A DNA stretch of 64,000 nucleotides, from contig OZ219926.1 in NCBI GenBank assembly GCA_964291405.2, forward strand, positions 4,032,001-4,096,000. Reading direction: 5' to 3'. This document shows, in pieces, positions 40,815-50,121 of this stretch. The first letter of the stretch is position 1. Every line of letters starts with the position of its first letter. The DNA is from Thermodesulfobacteriota bacterium (GTDB taxonomy: Bacteria > Desulfobacterota > Binatia > Bin18). A program made the position numbers and the translations under genes. The notes below the pieces were generated by a model that was given only the letters and a program-made list of their open reading frames with translations, was not told the origin of the DNA and did not search any database.

Positions 40815-42511
40815 AGTTTGAGCAGCCTGAATTGGACCCCATCTTGCTGGAGATCGTGCATAATGCGCTGCGCTCGGTCACGGACGAGGTCTTCATCACT
40901 TTGATGAAAAGCGCGTATTCCACCAACATCAAAGAGCGGCGTGACCACAGTACTGGCTTTATCGATGCGCACGGACGTTTGATCGTTATGTCGGAGGCAT
41001 CACTGCCCATTCATCTCGGCTCGCTGTTGGGTGTAACGGAAACGCTGCGTGCTAAATACCAGCCGGAAGATATCGATGCCGGTGATATCTTCGTTGCGAA
41101 CGACCCGCATGTGGCGGGCGGTACTCATCTCCCCGACGTGACAATGGTGATGCCGGTGTTTATCGGCGCTACCCTAATCGGCTTTGTTGGCAACATTGCC
41201 CACCACGCTGATATCGGAGGCATGCAGGGCAGCTCCGTCGGGGATAGAGCTGATATTTACCAGGAAGGTGTCCGCATCCCGCTCATCAAGCTCTTCCGCC
41301 GGGGCGAGCTCCAAACGGACCTGCTCGACCTCCTTCTTCTCAATGTTCGAGTACCTGAGGAACGCCGGGGTGACTATTTTGCCCAGATCGCTGCCTGTCG
41401 ACTAGGCGCACGCCGAATCACGGAGCTGGCTGAAACTCATGGAACGGCAATACTTGAGGCGGTCTTCGACGCGATAGTTGCCCGTACCGAGCAGCGTATG
41501 CGTAACGCTGTGCAGACGATCCCCGACGGTGTGTATACCTTCGAGGATGTGCTGGACGATGACGGTTACGGCACATACGACATCCCGATTACGGTGCGTA
41601 TCGAGGTTGTCGGTGACCGCATCCGACTCGACTTCACCGGTACTGCGCCGCAGGTACCGGGTAACGTCAACACGGGTTTCAACGCAACCCAAGCGGCATC
41701 GTGCTACGCGATTAAGGCCCTCCTCGATCCAGAGGTTCCCAACAACCAGGGCGTCCTGAATGTTGTTGAGGTCTTCGTTCCCCAGGGCACACTCATTAAC
41801 TGTGTGTTCCCGAGTGCTGTAGTCCGGCGTTCCACCACCTGCCAGCGAATCGTCGACGTGGTCCTTGGCGCACTGACCGAAGCCTTGCCCGAGGCTTCCG
41901 TCGGCGCGGCAAATGGCGCCAACACGGTGGCCCAGTTCTCGGGTATCGATCCGGTGACTAAGCAACCGTACGTATATCTTGAAACGCTGGGTGGCGGCTT
42001 TGGCGGGCGTGCCACAAAGGACGGGAAAGACGCCGTTCAGGTCCATATCACCAACACCTCAAATCTGCCGGTCGAGGCGATCGAGATGGAATACCCGCTG
42101 TTAGTCGAAGGCTACGGCATCATCGAAGATTCGGGTGGAGCCGGCACGTTCCGGGGCGGCCTGGGCCTGCGGCGCATTGTCCGGCCGGTCGGACACACAT
42201 GCCTCTTCACCGGTGCGGGCGAACGGTTCCGCCATAAGCCCTGGGGTGTGTTTGGCGGTAAAGGGGGTAGGCCCGGACGCTATCTCCTCCGTACTGACGA
42301 TGGCACTCAGCTCAGACTCGACAACAAGCCTAGGGGCGTGAGCGTCACACCGAATCAGACCGTGGAGGTCGAGACGCCCGGCGCAGGAGGTTATGGTCCA
42401 CCCGCCCGGCGCGACAGAGACAATCTCCGCGAAGACCTACGCAGCGGCAAGTTTAGCGCGGCCTCTTTGAAAGCGCACTATGGTTTCGATCCTGACAGCA
42501 ATGACGAATAG
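40811..42511 (+). CDS. hydantoinase B/oxoprolinase subunit
   Basis: SAYSTNIKERRDHS, NDPHVAGGTHLPD, HHADIGG, ETPGAGGYG. Confidence 0.93.
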   Translation: MKFEQPELDPILLEIVHNALRSVTDEVFITLMKSAYSTNIKERRDHSTGFIDAHGRLIVMSEASLPIHLGSLLGVTETLRAKYQPEDIDAGDIFVANDPHVAGGTHLPDVTMVMPVFIGATLIGFVGNIAHHADIGGMQGSSVGDRADIYQEGVRIPLIKLFRRGELQTDLLDLLLLNVRVPEERRGDYFAQIAACRLGARRITELAETHGTAILEAVFDAIVARTEQRMRNAVQTIPDGVYTFEDVLDDDGYGTYDIPITVRIEVVGDRIRLDFTGTAPQVPGNVNTGFNATQAASCYAIKALLDPEVPNNQGVLNVVEVFVPQGTLINCVFPSAVVRRSTTCQRIVDVVLGALTEALPEASVGAANGANTVAQFSGIDPVTKQPYVYLETLGGGFGGRATKDGKDAVQVHITNTSNLPVEAIEMEYPLLVEGYGIIEDSGGAGTFRGGLGLRRIVRPVGHTCLFTGAGERFRHKPWGVFGGKGGRPGRYLLRTDDGTQLRLDNKPRGVSVTPNQTVEVETPGAGGYGPPARRDRDNLREDLRSGKFSAASLKAHYGFDPDSNDE

Positions 42512-42675
42512 TGGAGTCAGTGTGACTCATTGGCGACAGGGTGATCCCTGCGTTTGCCGGATGATGCGACAGCAAACTGTTCCAGTGCGCGGTCAGGCCC
42601 AAAAGAGAGGTCGGTCATTCTGGACTAAAGAAGCGCGTAGGTGAAGAATTTCTCCGTAATATTTGAAAGGGAAAT

Positions 42676-43134
42676 TCACCCAAGATAACGGTACACCGTC
42701 TCGGCAACACACACGGGTTTCTGGCCGTTTTCGACTTCAAATAACAGGCCCAAAGTCACCTCCTGTCCGTCTTGAACAGGGGTGACGCGTCGAACGCTGG
42801 CCTGCAGTCGCACCCGTTTGCCAACGAGCAGCGGAGCGGGAAAACGCAGACGATTGATGCCGTAGTTCATGCCGAGCCGAGCCCCTTGGAGGTACCAGAT
42901 TTTTTTCAGCAGCCCCGGAGCAAGCGCCAGAATAAAATAGCCCGGCGCCACCGTCCCGCCAAAAGGAGACTCTTTTTTCGCTCGCTCCACGTCTTCGCAA
43001 AACCACTGATGGTCATCGGTTGCCGCCGCATAAGCATCGACGGCCCGCTGAGTGACGAGATACCAGTCCGATACCCCAACTTCCTGGCCGACGAGGGTGG
43101 AAAGGTCCTGGAGGAGAATCCGTTTTGCTGTCAT
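42676..43134 (-). CDS. MaoC family dehydratase
   Basis: GVSDW, TDDHQW, SPFGGT, NYGINRLRF. Confidence 0.88.
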   Translation of the reverse strand: MTAKRILLQDLSTLVGQEVGVSDWYLVTQRAVDAYAAATDDHQWFCEDVERAKKESPFGGTVAPGYFILALAPGLLKKIWYLQGARLGMNYGINRLRFPAPLLVGKRVRLQASVRRVTPVQDGQEVTLGLLFEVENGQKPVCVAETVYRYLG

Positions 43135-43172
43135 GGAGAGAACCTTAGGGTCATAACCGTAACGATGATTCC

Positions 43173-44516
43173 TTAGCGCCGGCCTTCCGTGAGTTTATTG
43201 AGATCGAATAGGCCCTCGATATCGACGGGAGCCACTGCGGGGTAGTCCATCTCAAAAGTGATGTAGAGTGTAGCCTGCCTGCTTTGTACATCGATGGTGG
43301 GTACTCCCTCATACCGGACGATAAAGAGCCCTTGATCGGGATTCGGCTGTTCCACCGTGTCCTCCGACCAGGAGTTCTGAGGCTGCCATATCTTCCACAG
43401 GTTGCCGTCTCGATCAAACGCAAGGGCAATCGCAGTCCGGTAGGTCTGCGCGTCCCAGAACAGCAATTTGCTGCTATAGGGATGTCTCGGGTCCTTGGGT
43501 GCCATCTCGACAACCACGCACCTTCTTAACTCCCAGCGGTCATAGGGCAGCCAGCCATTGGGGCCGTAGTAATGCGGATACGGATAGCGCGAGTTCATGA
43601 CGTGGAGGATCTCCTTCCAGCCGTGGAAGGTCCAGTTATAGTCCAGCGGGTGGCCTGAGAATCCATAAAAGTCGTCCAGGGTTGTGTCAGTGCCGGCAAA
43701 CGAATCGGCCCGTTCTTCGGCGGAAAAGCGACGGACTCGGCGGAGCGTTGGTGAGTACGACCATGCCTGATCGGCCAAGCGTGGGTCAGCCGGCCGCTGG
43801 ATGACGGAGCGTTGTCCGCGCTGCTCGTAGGGAGCTAAAAATTCAGAGTAATCTTTGAATTCGAATTGTTCGGCCTCGGGCGCGGGGAAGGTATAATTGC
43901 TCGTCGGTAGAATGGCCAGATGGGTGAAGTACACGCGCTGGTATCGCTGCCACAGGACCCGCTCGATCTGTCCACCCGTCCCCCGAATCACCTCCTCTGG
44001 CAGCTCTGCGATTGGACCGTGCGTTCCACCTCCCTGGACTAAGAGGTAGGCATATCTATCCACGCGCTGGCCGTAGTGCTGCCAGCGAAAATTAAAATTC
44101 CAAGCGGCTTTTATCCCAGACTCCGGGATCTGTGTATCCAGGCTCGCGTTGGGAAACGGTTGACCGGCCGTATAGTTTTCAAGGGCACCGTCTGCTGCCA
44201 GTCGGGTCTGGCCGGCGAATTTTTCCGTGGCCTCGCGATAGGCAGGGTGGGGCGGATAATCGCCCGTCTGGGTTATCGTAAACTCGACATCCGGGAAATT
44301 GTATTCCTCAAAGTAGCCGGGCGGAAGAAATGGTCGCGTCTTCTCCAGGTCATCGAGTTTCAATGTTTTGCCTGCCTGGAACTCAGGCTTGGCCCTCTGA
44401 AAGGTCTCGACCCAATGGAGGACCGTTTCCTTCGTCGTGCCTGGTGAATGCTCATTTGCTGCCCATCCCACACTGACCCAACAACACAGGACAACAAATC
44501 CCAAAAAACTCTTCAT
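43173..44516 (-). CDS. DUF1329 domain secreted protein
   Basis: Signal peptide; NYTAGQPFP, AWSYSPTLRRVRR, DDFYGFSG, HPYSSK. Confidence 0.8.
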   Translation of the reverse strand: MKSFLGFVVLCCWVSVGWAANEHSPGTTKETVLHWVETFQRAKPEFQAGKTLKLDDLEKTRPFLPPGYFEEYNFPDVEFTITQTGDYPPHPAYREATEKFAGQTRLAADGALENYTAGQPFPNASLDTQIPESGIKAAWNFNFRWQHYGQRVDRYAYLLVQGGGTHGPIAELPEEVIRGTGGQIERVLWQRYQRVYFTHLAILPTSNYTFPAPEAEQFEFKDYSEFLAPYEQRGQRSVIQRPADPRLADQAWSYSPTLRRVRRFSAEERADSFAGTDTTLDDFYGFSGHPLDYNWTFHGWKEILHVMNSRYPYPHYYGPNGWLPYDRWELRRCVVVEMAPKDPRHPYSSKLLFWDAQTYRTAIALAFDRDGNLWKIWQPQNSWSEDTVEQPNPDQGLFIVRYEGVPTIDVQSRQATLYITFEMDYPAVAPVDIEGLFDLNKLTEGRR

Positions 44517-44569
44517 TCCAGCTATTCCTTATACACAAAATGAGGACATACTCTTGTCTGTCTTCGCCC

Positions 44570-44752
44570 CTAGAAAAACGGCTCGCCCGGCTCAAGCCCG
44601 AGAAACATCCGTCCTGCGGACTGGTAGGTCTTCTGGGATACGACTACATGCTGGTTCAAGGTATGAATGTCGCGGAAATGCCGATCCAAGGGATAGGCGG
44701 CTTCCACAATCTGTTCGGCCTCATCCGTCGTGACTCTCATGCTGCCAGCCAT
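44570..44752 (-). pseudogene. remnant of an acyl-CoA-dehydrogenase-type flavin hydroxylase (C-terminal tail)
   Basis: PLDRHFRDIHTLNQH...AGRMFLGLEP matches the C-terminus of Acyl-CoA_dh_2 proteins; only about 60 codons remain. Confidence 0.6.
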
Positions 44753-44874
44753 GGATTCCCTCATGAGTTCCTACCCGCCTGCAAAGACGGTTTTGTTCCG
44801 TATAGCGCATAATATGGTAGAATGCGAAATTGCCTGGAGAGAAGAGGCTCGCCAGGAAGAACAGGAGAGATGGT

Positions 44875-45084
44875 ATGTCTGATAATCCAGGTTCGGTACT
44901 CCTCGTTGGCAGCGTCCCGCTGGAGAGTGCCGAAGCGGTTTTCCGTACCTGCTCCCAGGAATTCGGCGAGTACCTGGGCTGTCTGCCCGACGGAGAAGTT
45001 GGGGACCGGACTATCTGAGTCGTCTTTCAGGCCTATCGCATCTTTCACGAGCACCCGGACCTGATTACACTCCTACGGCCTTAG
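44875..45084 (+). pseudogene. N-terminal fragment of a MetE/URO-D-like-fold protein with an internal stop
   Basis: LLVGSVPL...LPDGEVGDR; TGA at 45016-45018 where W would be expected; frame ends at TAG 45084. Confidence 0.55.
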
Positions 45085-45110
45085 CAAACAAGGGAGCGTT
45101 CGGCTTTTTA

Positions 45111-45713
45111 ATGAGCAAGCAGCTTGAGTTTTGGTTTGAGTTTGGTAGCACCTACTCGTATCCGACGGCCACCCGCATCGAACGGCTGGCCCACGCGTGC
45201 AGCATTACTCTCATCTGGCGGCCCTTTCTGCTAGGACCAATTTTTCGAGAGCAAGGCTGGGAAGATTCTCCTTTCAATATTTACCCGACCAAAGGCGCGT
45301 ATATGTGGCGGGACATGGAGCGTCTGTGTGTGGCTCTGGACCTCGCCTTCAAACGCCCCAGCCAGTTCCCTCGCAATGGCCTATTGGCGGCCCGGATTGC
45401 GTGTTGGTTTGAGGGAGAAGCGTGGTTGCCGGACTTTGTGCGTAGCGTGTATGACGCAAACTTTGTCTGTGACCAAGACATTTCAAATTCGCGTATTGTG
45501 AGCTCGATTCTTGAAGAGCTGCGACTGCCAGCGAGTGAAATACTCGACGCGGCACAGTGTCCAGAGTCAAAAGCTAAGTTGCGTGCCCAGACCGAGCAGG
45601 CGCGGTCGCTCGGGATCTTCGGGGCGCCATCTTTTCTCGCTGCGGGAGAACTCTTCTGGGGCAATGATCGGCTCGAAGCCGCCTTGGACTGGCTACAGCG
45701 CAAAGTAGCCTAG
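45111..45713 (+). CDS. 2-hydroxychromene-2-carboxylate isomerase / DsbA-kappa GST family
   Basis: FWFEFGSTYSY, WRPFLLG, GIFGAPSF, FWGNDRL. Confidence 0.9.
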   Translation: MSKQLEFWFEFGSTYSYPTATRIERLAHACSITLIWRPFLLGPIFREQGWEDSPFNIYPTKGAYMWRDMERLCVALDLAFKRPSQFPRNGLLAARIACWFEGEAWLPDFVRSVYDANFVCDQDISNSRIVSSILEELRLPASEILDAAQCPESKAKLRAQTEQARSLGIFGAPSFLAAGELFWGNDRLEAALDWLQRKVA

Positions 45714-45755
45714 TCAGTTCGTCCTCCTCTTGGCAATCTACTCCTACCCGCCTTG

Positions 45756-46016
45756 TCAGGCGGCAGCGCCTTCCCCTTGCTCGTATCCGCCCGATTTCAG
45801 CACTCGCTTTGTCGAGGTAGGGTATTTGGCAAGCGGCATGGCTGGCCGAATCGGACGTTCGACTAAATTCCTTCCGCAGTTCGGACAGGTCCAATTCAGC
45901 TTGTCTTGGGCGCAGGTTCGACAGAACGTGCATTCAGACGAGCATATAACGGCTTCCGCAGAAGCTGGCGGTAAATCTGCATCACAGCATTCACAGTTTG
46001 GACGCAGTTCTAGCAT
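45756..46016 (-). CDS. DUF1272 domain protein
   Basis: MLELRPNCECCD, ICSSECTFC, CPNCG, RPIRP. Confidence 0.9.
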   Translation of the reverse strand: MLELRPNCECCDADLPPASAEAVICSSECTFCRTCAQDKLNWTCPNCGRNLVERPIRPAMPLAKYPTSTKRVLKSGGYEQGEGAAA

Positions 46017-46107
46017 CAATGCTCCTTTCAATGAGGCAAGTCTTCGACCAATCGAGAAAACCATCTAACGTCTTCTCGTGTTCTCCATAGCTGAAAACGT
46101 CTGTCCC

Positions 46108-47196
46108 TTACCACCACAGCCCGCCTTCGAGATACTCCCAGACGAGAGCGGCGCCGATACGGTAATGAAAGGGGTCCGTCCCGGCTATGGGGATTTGAGC
46201 GCCAATACGCAAGGCGACATGACCGCGAAAACGCAGGCCGGTATAGAGTTGCGGCGTCAAGAGGAGCACTGCATTGCTCTCACCTTGCAGGTTATGAAGG
46301 AATTCGACTTCCAGGCTGGGGACGAGGTCACGCTTCAGTAGTGAGGTCACATAGCTTCCGGCGACCCGATAGCGCATTTGCCGGTCCGCTCGGTCCTCGT
46401 TGAGCGGAAGAACCGCTTGAATCTGGTTTTGGAACACAAACTGACGCAACGCAATCCCACTCAAAAAAGAGGGCTCGAACTTGAACGTACCATCGCCAAG
46501 TCCACGATCGCGGTCGCCTGAAGGAAAAACCACTTCGAGGGCGGCGGCCGTCAGCGCGCGCTTTTCCGTGTGGGTGGACAGGACGTGTTTGTATTCGAGA
46601 GACAGGTCGCCTGGGCCGGCGGTCGTCTTCTCGCGCGTTTCTTTGACGATATACGGCAGGCTGAGATCCCACTCGCCCCGGGCACCAAGCCGTTGCTCAT
46701 GCGAGAGCGTTGTTGTCCACTCTCTCATTCCTTTCTTCCCTTTGATGAATTCCTGTTTGAGTACGGCTTCATTTTCCGGAAACGCTTTGGACGTAAAGAG
46801 GGTTTTGTGAAAATTCAGGTCGCCGGACGGCCAGCCCTCTTCCTGACAAAAATTTCGGACATATTTGAGGACGGTCCGGATTTCCTCTGGGCTTAGGACC
46901 TCGCCAAAGGAGGGCATTTGGTCCGAGAGGCCCATGAATGCACTACCATTGATAATGATATCGGTCCAGCCACTTGTTGAGGCACTACTATTGGACGAGC
47001 AGTCCGTGAAATCCGGCAGCGGAACGGTCAGATCGGTGCCTTCGGGCGACCCCTGCCCACCCTTGCCGTGACAGCTTGCACACTCCTTTGCATACAGGGT
47101 TGGGCCGTCGAGGGGTGCGGACCAAACCGGCCCCCCAAGGAGAAGGATCAAGACGCTGCCGAGGCACAATCTTCGTCCGAGGCGTTTCCCCATCAT
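46108..47196 (-). CDS. monoheme cytochrome c fused to a probable outer-membrane beta-barrel
   Basis: Signal peptide, CASCH, QMPSFG; C-terminal region with alternating hydrophobic strands ending LVWEYLEGGLWW. Confidence 0.65.
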   Translation of the reverse strand: MMGKRLGRRLCLGSVLILLLGGPVWSAPLDGPTLYAKECASCHGKGGQGSPEGTDLTVPLPDFTDCSSNSSASTSGWTDIIINGSAFMGLSDQMPSFGEVLSPEEIRTVLKYVRNFCQEEGWPSGDLNFHKTLFTSKAFPENEAVLKQEFIKGKKGMREWTTTLSHEQRLGARGEWDLSLPYIVKETREKTTAGPGDLSLEYKHVLSTHTEKRALTAAALEVVFPSGDRDRGLGDGTFKFEPSFLSGIALRQFVFQNQIQAVLPLNEDRADRQMRYRVAGSYVTSLLKRDLVPSLEVEFLHNLQGESNAVLLLTPQLYTGLRFRGHVALRIGAQIPIAGTDPFHYRIGAALVWEYLEGGLWW

Positions 47197-47304
47197 AAGA
47201 ACCCGTCTTCTATCATACCCAGCTATCCAAGGGGGGCAGGCCGGGTATATATCAAGACAAGAGGAATTGTCATGTCCCGAATCGTCAGTGAATAAGGGGG
47301 AGAT

Positions 47305-48285
47305 ATGCAAACACCTGGGATGTTGCTGTTCACGGGATCGGCTAGCATTACGCTGGGACGTGCGACCGAGTATGCAAAAATGGCTGAGGAGCGCGGCTTT
47401 CGGAATTTCCTGGTCACTGAAGCAGCCTCAGACGCTTTAGCGCTCACCCAACATCTGGCGAGCGAGACTTCCCGTATTCAGGTCGGCACCGCGATCTTTA
47501 ATATTTTTCTCCATCCACCTCTCCAAGCAGCCCTACACGCGTTGACGATTGATGAGATTGCCCCTGGCCGACTCTTCCTGGGGCTCGGAACGAGCCATGC
47601 TGCCTTGAACCAGGCGTATGGCCTGCCTATGGACAAACCGCTGACGGCGATGCGCGCCTATATTGGAGAGCTGAAAAGTGTCTTTCATGGCGATCATCCC
47701 GGGCTGTCTCAGCTTGGAGCCGCGGGCCTGCCGGTTCCGAAGGCCGAACGGAAAATCCCGATTTATCTCGCCGGGGTATCACCTAAGAGTATTCAACTGA
47801 CCGGCGAACTGGCTGACGGGAGCATCCCCGCCCAATACGGCCCGGCGATGTTGAAAGAAATTATTGATGGTGTTGCGGCCGGGGTGGAGAAAGCTGGTCG
47901 TTCGCCACGTGACGTAGAGATTGCGCCGATTGTCCACTGCTGTGTGTGTGAAGATCGTGGCCTCGCGCTCCGCTCGGTGCAACAACAGTTAGCCTTCTAC
48001 GGCCAGATGCCATTTTACAATCGAATCTTTGCCCGGCATGGCTTTGAGCAGGAAGCGGCCCACATTATGGATGCGGCGCTCAGGGGAGACCAGGCCGGTG
48101 CGGCTGATGCCGTGTCCGAACGCATGGTGGCCGAATGCGCTCTTGCAGGCACTCCGCAAGAGTGTCGAGACCAGGCTGAGGCTTTTGAAAGGGCCGGGGC
48201 TACGTACTCCATTCTCTATCCGATGGCCATTGGTGGAGACATGGACCGGAGTGTCCGGGCCGCATTAGACGCGTTCGCGCAGTAG
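47305..48285 (+). CDS. LLM class (F420-type) oxidoreductase
   Basis: IQVGTAIFN, GRLFLGLGTSH, IYLAGVSP, GELADG. Confidence 0.88.
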   Translation: MQTPGMLLFTGSASITLGRATEYAKMAEERGFRNFLVTEAASDALALTQHLASETSRIQVGTAIFNIFLHPPLQAALHALTIDEIAPGRLFLGLGTSHAALNQAYGLPMDKPLTAMRAYIGELKSVFHGDHPGLSQLGAAGLPVPKAERKIPIYLAGVSPKSIQLTGELADGSIPAQYGPAMLKEIIDGVAAGVEKAGRSPRDVEIAPIVHCCVCEDRGLALRSVQQQLAFYGQMPFYNRIFARHGFEQEAAHIMDAALRGDQAGAADAVSERMVAECALAGTPQECRDQAEAFERAGATYSILYPMAIGGDMDRSVRAALDAFAQ

Positions 48286-48299
48286 TCGGACAGAGGAGG

Positions 48300-48755
48300 C
48301 TATCCTGCGTGTTGTCCACAATCTTCCCAGACCATGCGGATATGCGTCTCTGTCGTGCCATACTCCTTGAAACCAAGCCTTCGATATAGCTCGATGGCCC
48401 GGTTCTCTCTGAGGACTTGAAGCCGGAGCGAGGACTTCGCTTCTCGTCCGCGTTGCATCTCCTCGTTGAGGAGTCGAGAGCCAATACCACGCCCTTGAAA
48501 CTGGGGGGCAATCACGATTTCGCTTATGTAGATGTGATCGGGATGGTCTTCTACCAAAAGGAAACCGCACGGGTTCCCGTCGCAGAGAACGATTTCAAAT
48601 TGGTTTGGTCTCCATTTCTCCTCGAACAAACGATCTTGCAGCGCTTCATCCCATGCTCCGAATTGACGAGAGACGACGTCGCGATAGGCCTCGTGATGTG
48701 AGATGCGCGCAAATTCCGTGTCACTCGAAGTTGCTGGTCGCCGCTTGAGGAGCAT
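48300..48755 (-). CDS. GNAT family N-acetyltransferase
   Basis: QGRGIGS, NRAIELYRRLGF. Confidence 0.9.
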   Translation of the reverse strand: MLLKRRPATSSDTEFARISHHEAYRDVVSRQFGAWDEALQDRLFEEKWRPNQFEIVLCDGNPCGFLLVEDHPDHIYISEIVIAPQFQGRGIGSRLLNEEMQRGREAKSSLRLQVLRENRAIELYRRLGFKEYGTTETHIRMVWEDCGQHAG

Positions 48756-48785
48756 AGAGTCATCCAGGGTAAGGAGAAAGCGCCA

Positions 48786-49199
48786 TCAAGTCCGGCGGAT
48801 CGCTCGCACAAACAAGTAGGCCGGCACCAGGACAAGCAGGCCCAACGTCAGTACATTCCCAATTTTATCCAGCATCGAAGTGTACACGTGCAAATGCGTC
48901 ATGTGGTAGGTGAAGTGCGGGATCTGGGAGACGAGCCAGCCGAGTGCGGCGGCAAGAACCGTTTCACGGGTTTTGGCAAACACCGCAATCAGGGTCACCG
49001 CGCTCAGGGCTAAATAGAGACCGCCCACATCTCGAACCAGATGTTCATTAAACGGACCATCAGCCGAAACCCAACTGCGGCCAAGGCCGGGAAAGCTGTC
49101 GTAAAACGCCTGGGGAAAGAATTGCGCCCACGCGCCAACCATGACGCCGCTCACAATGAGAAACCAGAGGCCGACGCGCAGACGTGTATCAACAATCAT
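48786..49199 (-). CDS. hypothetical membrane protein
   Basis: GGAGG before ATG; four TM segments; GPFNEHLVRDVG. Confidence 0.75.
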   Translation of the reverse strand: MIVDTRLRVGLWFLIVSGVMVGAWAQFFPQAFYDSFPGLGRSWVSADGPFNEHLVRDVGGLYLALSAVTLIAVFAKTRETVLAAALGWLVSQIPHFTYHMTHLHVYTSMLDKIGNVLTLGLLVLVPAYLFVRAIRRT

Positions 49200-49212
49200 G
49201 TCTACCTCCTCC

Positions 49213-50121
49213 TCAGCTATTGAGCATCTGACGCCAGCCCTCTCTCACACTGGGATAGCGGGGGGTCCAGCCCGTGGTGTGCTTAAAATGCCTGTTCGAG
49301 ATGCGCTGCGAGCGCGTTAAGGCTTCAATACTCCCAGGCAGCTCTCCTTGTATGGACTCAGGTGGGGCAGGGGACGCCACCCCTTCAAGCTCGGCAATGG
49401 CCGCCGCCAACTCCTGACGGGTCAGCGGCTGGTCATCGGCAACGTTATAGATACCTGCGGGCGCATTAAGTACGGACACAACGGCCGTAGCGGCATCATC
49501 GGTGTGAATATGGCTCATATAGCTGGTGGGGTCGCCGAGAAACGGAGACTGGCCCGCACGGATTGCAGCCTGAAATTCCTGGGTATGCGAGCTGTCGTGG
49601 GCGTAAAACAGGGCGAAGCGCAGCACGATGCCTCGCCCGCCGTTTTCGCTGAACCACGCAGCCTGTTCCTCTGCCACGCGGCTGCTGGCCATCTCGGGCG
49701 GACAGTTATCCGCATCGGTCTCCTCAATCCATTCTGCGCCTTTATCCGCATACGGAAAGGTAATCGACTCTTGGATAAAAATTCGACAGCCAGCCTCAGC
49801 CGCCGCTCGGGTCACGCTGCGGGACGCCTCGTTACGGAGGCGGTTATGCATGTCCCAGGCGGTCGGCTCCAGCGCCCGTTCAAGCGGTGGGACATTGGTC
49901 GCCAGATTGGCGACTGCCTTATGGTCGGCAAGTACAGGCTCCAGCGCTGCCGGGTCAAACAGATCGACCCGCACCGGGACTGCTCCGAACTGGCGGAGAA
50001 GCGACGCTTTCTGGTCCGTACGCGCAAGGCCGGTCACCTGATGCCCGGCCCGGATGAGTTGGGGAACAACGCGGCGACCAATGACTCCGGTCGCGCCAGT
50101 CACAAAAATTTTCATGCTCAT
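49213..50121 (-). CDS. NAD-dependent epimerase/dehydratase family protein
   Basis: VTGATGVIG, IHTDDAA, YNVADD. Confidence 0.88.
   Translation of the reverse strand: MSMKIFVTGATGVIGRRVVPQLIRAGHQVTGLARTDQKASLLRQFGAVPVRVDLFDPAALEPVLADHKAVANLATNVPPLERALEPTAWDMHNRLRNEASRSVTRAAAEAGCRIFIQESITFPYADKGAEWIEETDADNCPPEMASSRVAEEQAAWFSENGGRGIVLRFALFYAHDSSHTQEFQAAIRAGQSPFLGDPTSYMSHIHTDDAATAVVSVLNAPAGIYNVADDQPLTRQELAAAIAELEGVASPAPPESIQGELPGSIEALTRSQRISNRHFKHTTGWTPRYPSVREGWRQMLNS

Noticed and set aside
37418-42633. Similar motifs GGTCATGGACTAAGAAG and GGTCATTCTGGACTAAAGAAG flanking the LLM-hydantoinase block as possible att sites
   Set aside because: Alignment needs several gaps and there is no integrase or tRNA nearby.
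45016-45018. In-frame TGA as selenocysteine or recoding
   Set aside because: The position fits Trp rather than Cys, the frame closes 22 codons later, and TGA is a normal stop elsewhere in the window.
45100-46070. Small cassette-like genes with a TCTAAC motif suggesting integron attC sites
   Set aside because: No paired RYYYAAC/GTTRRRY palindromes, the genes are convergent, and there is no intI.
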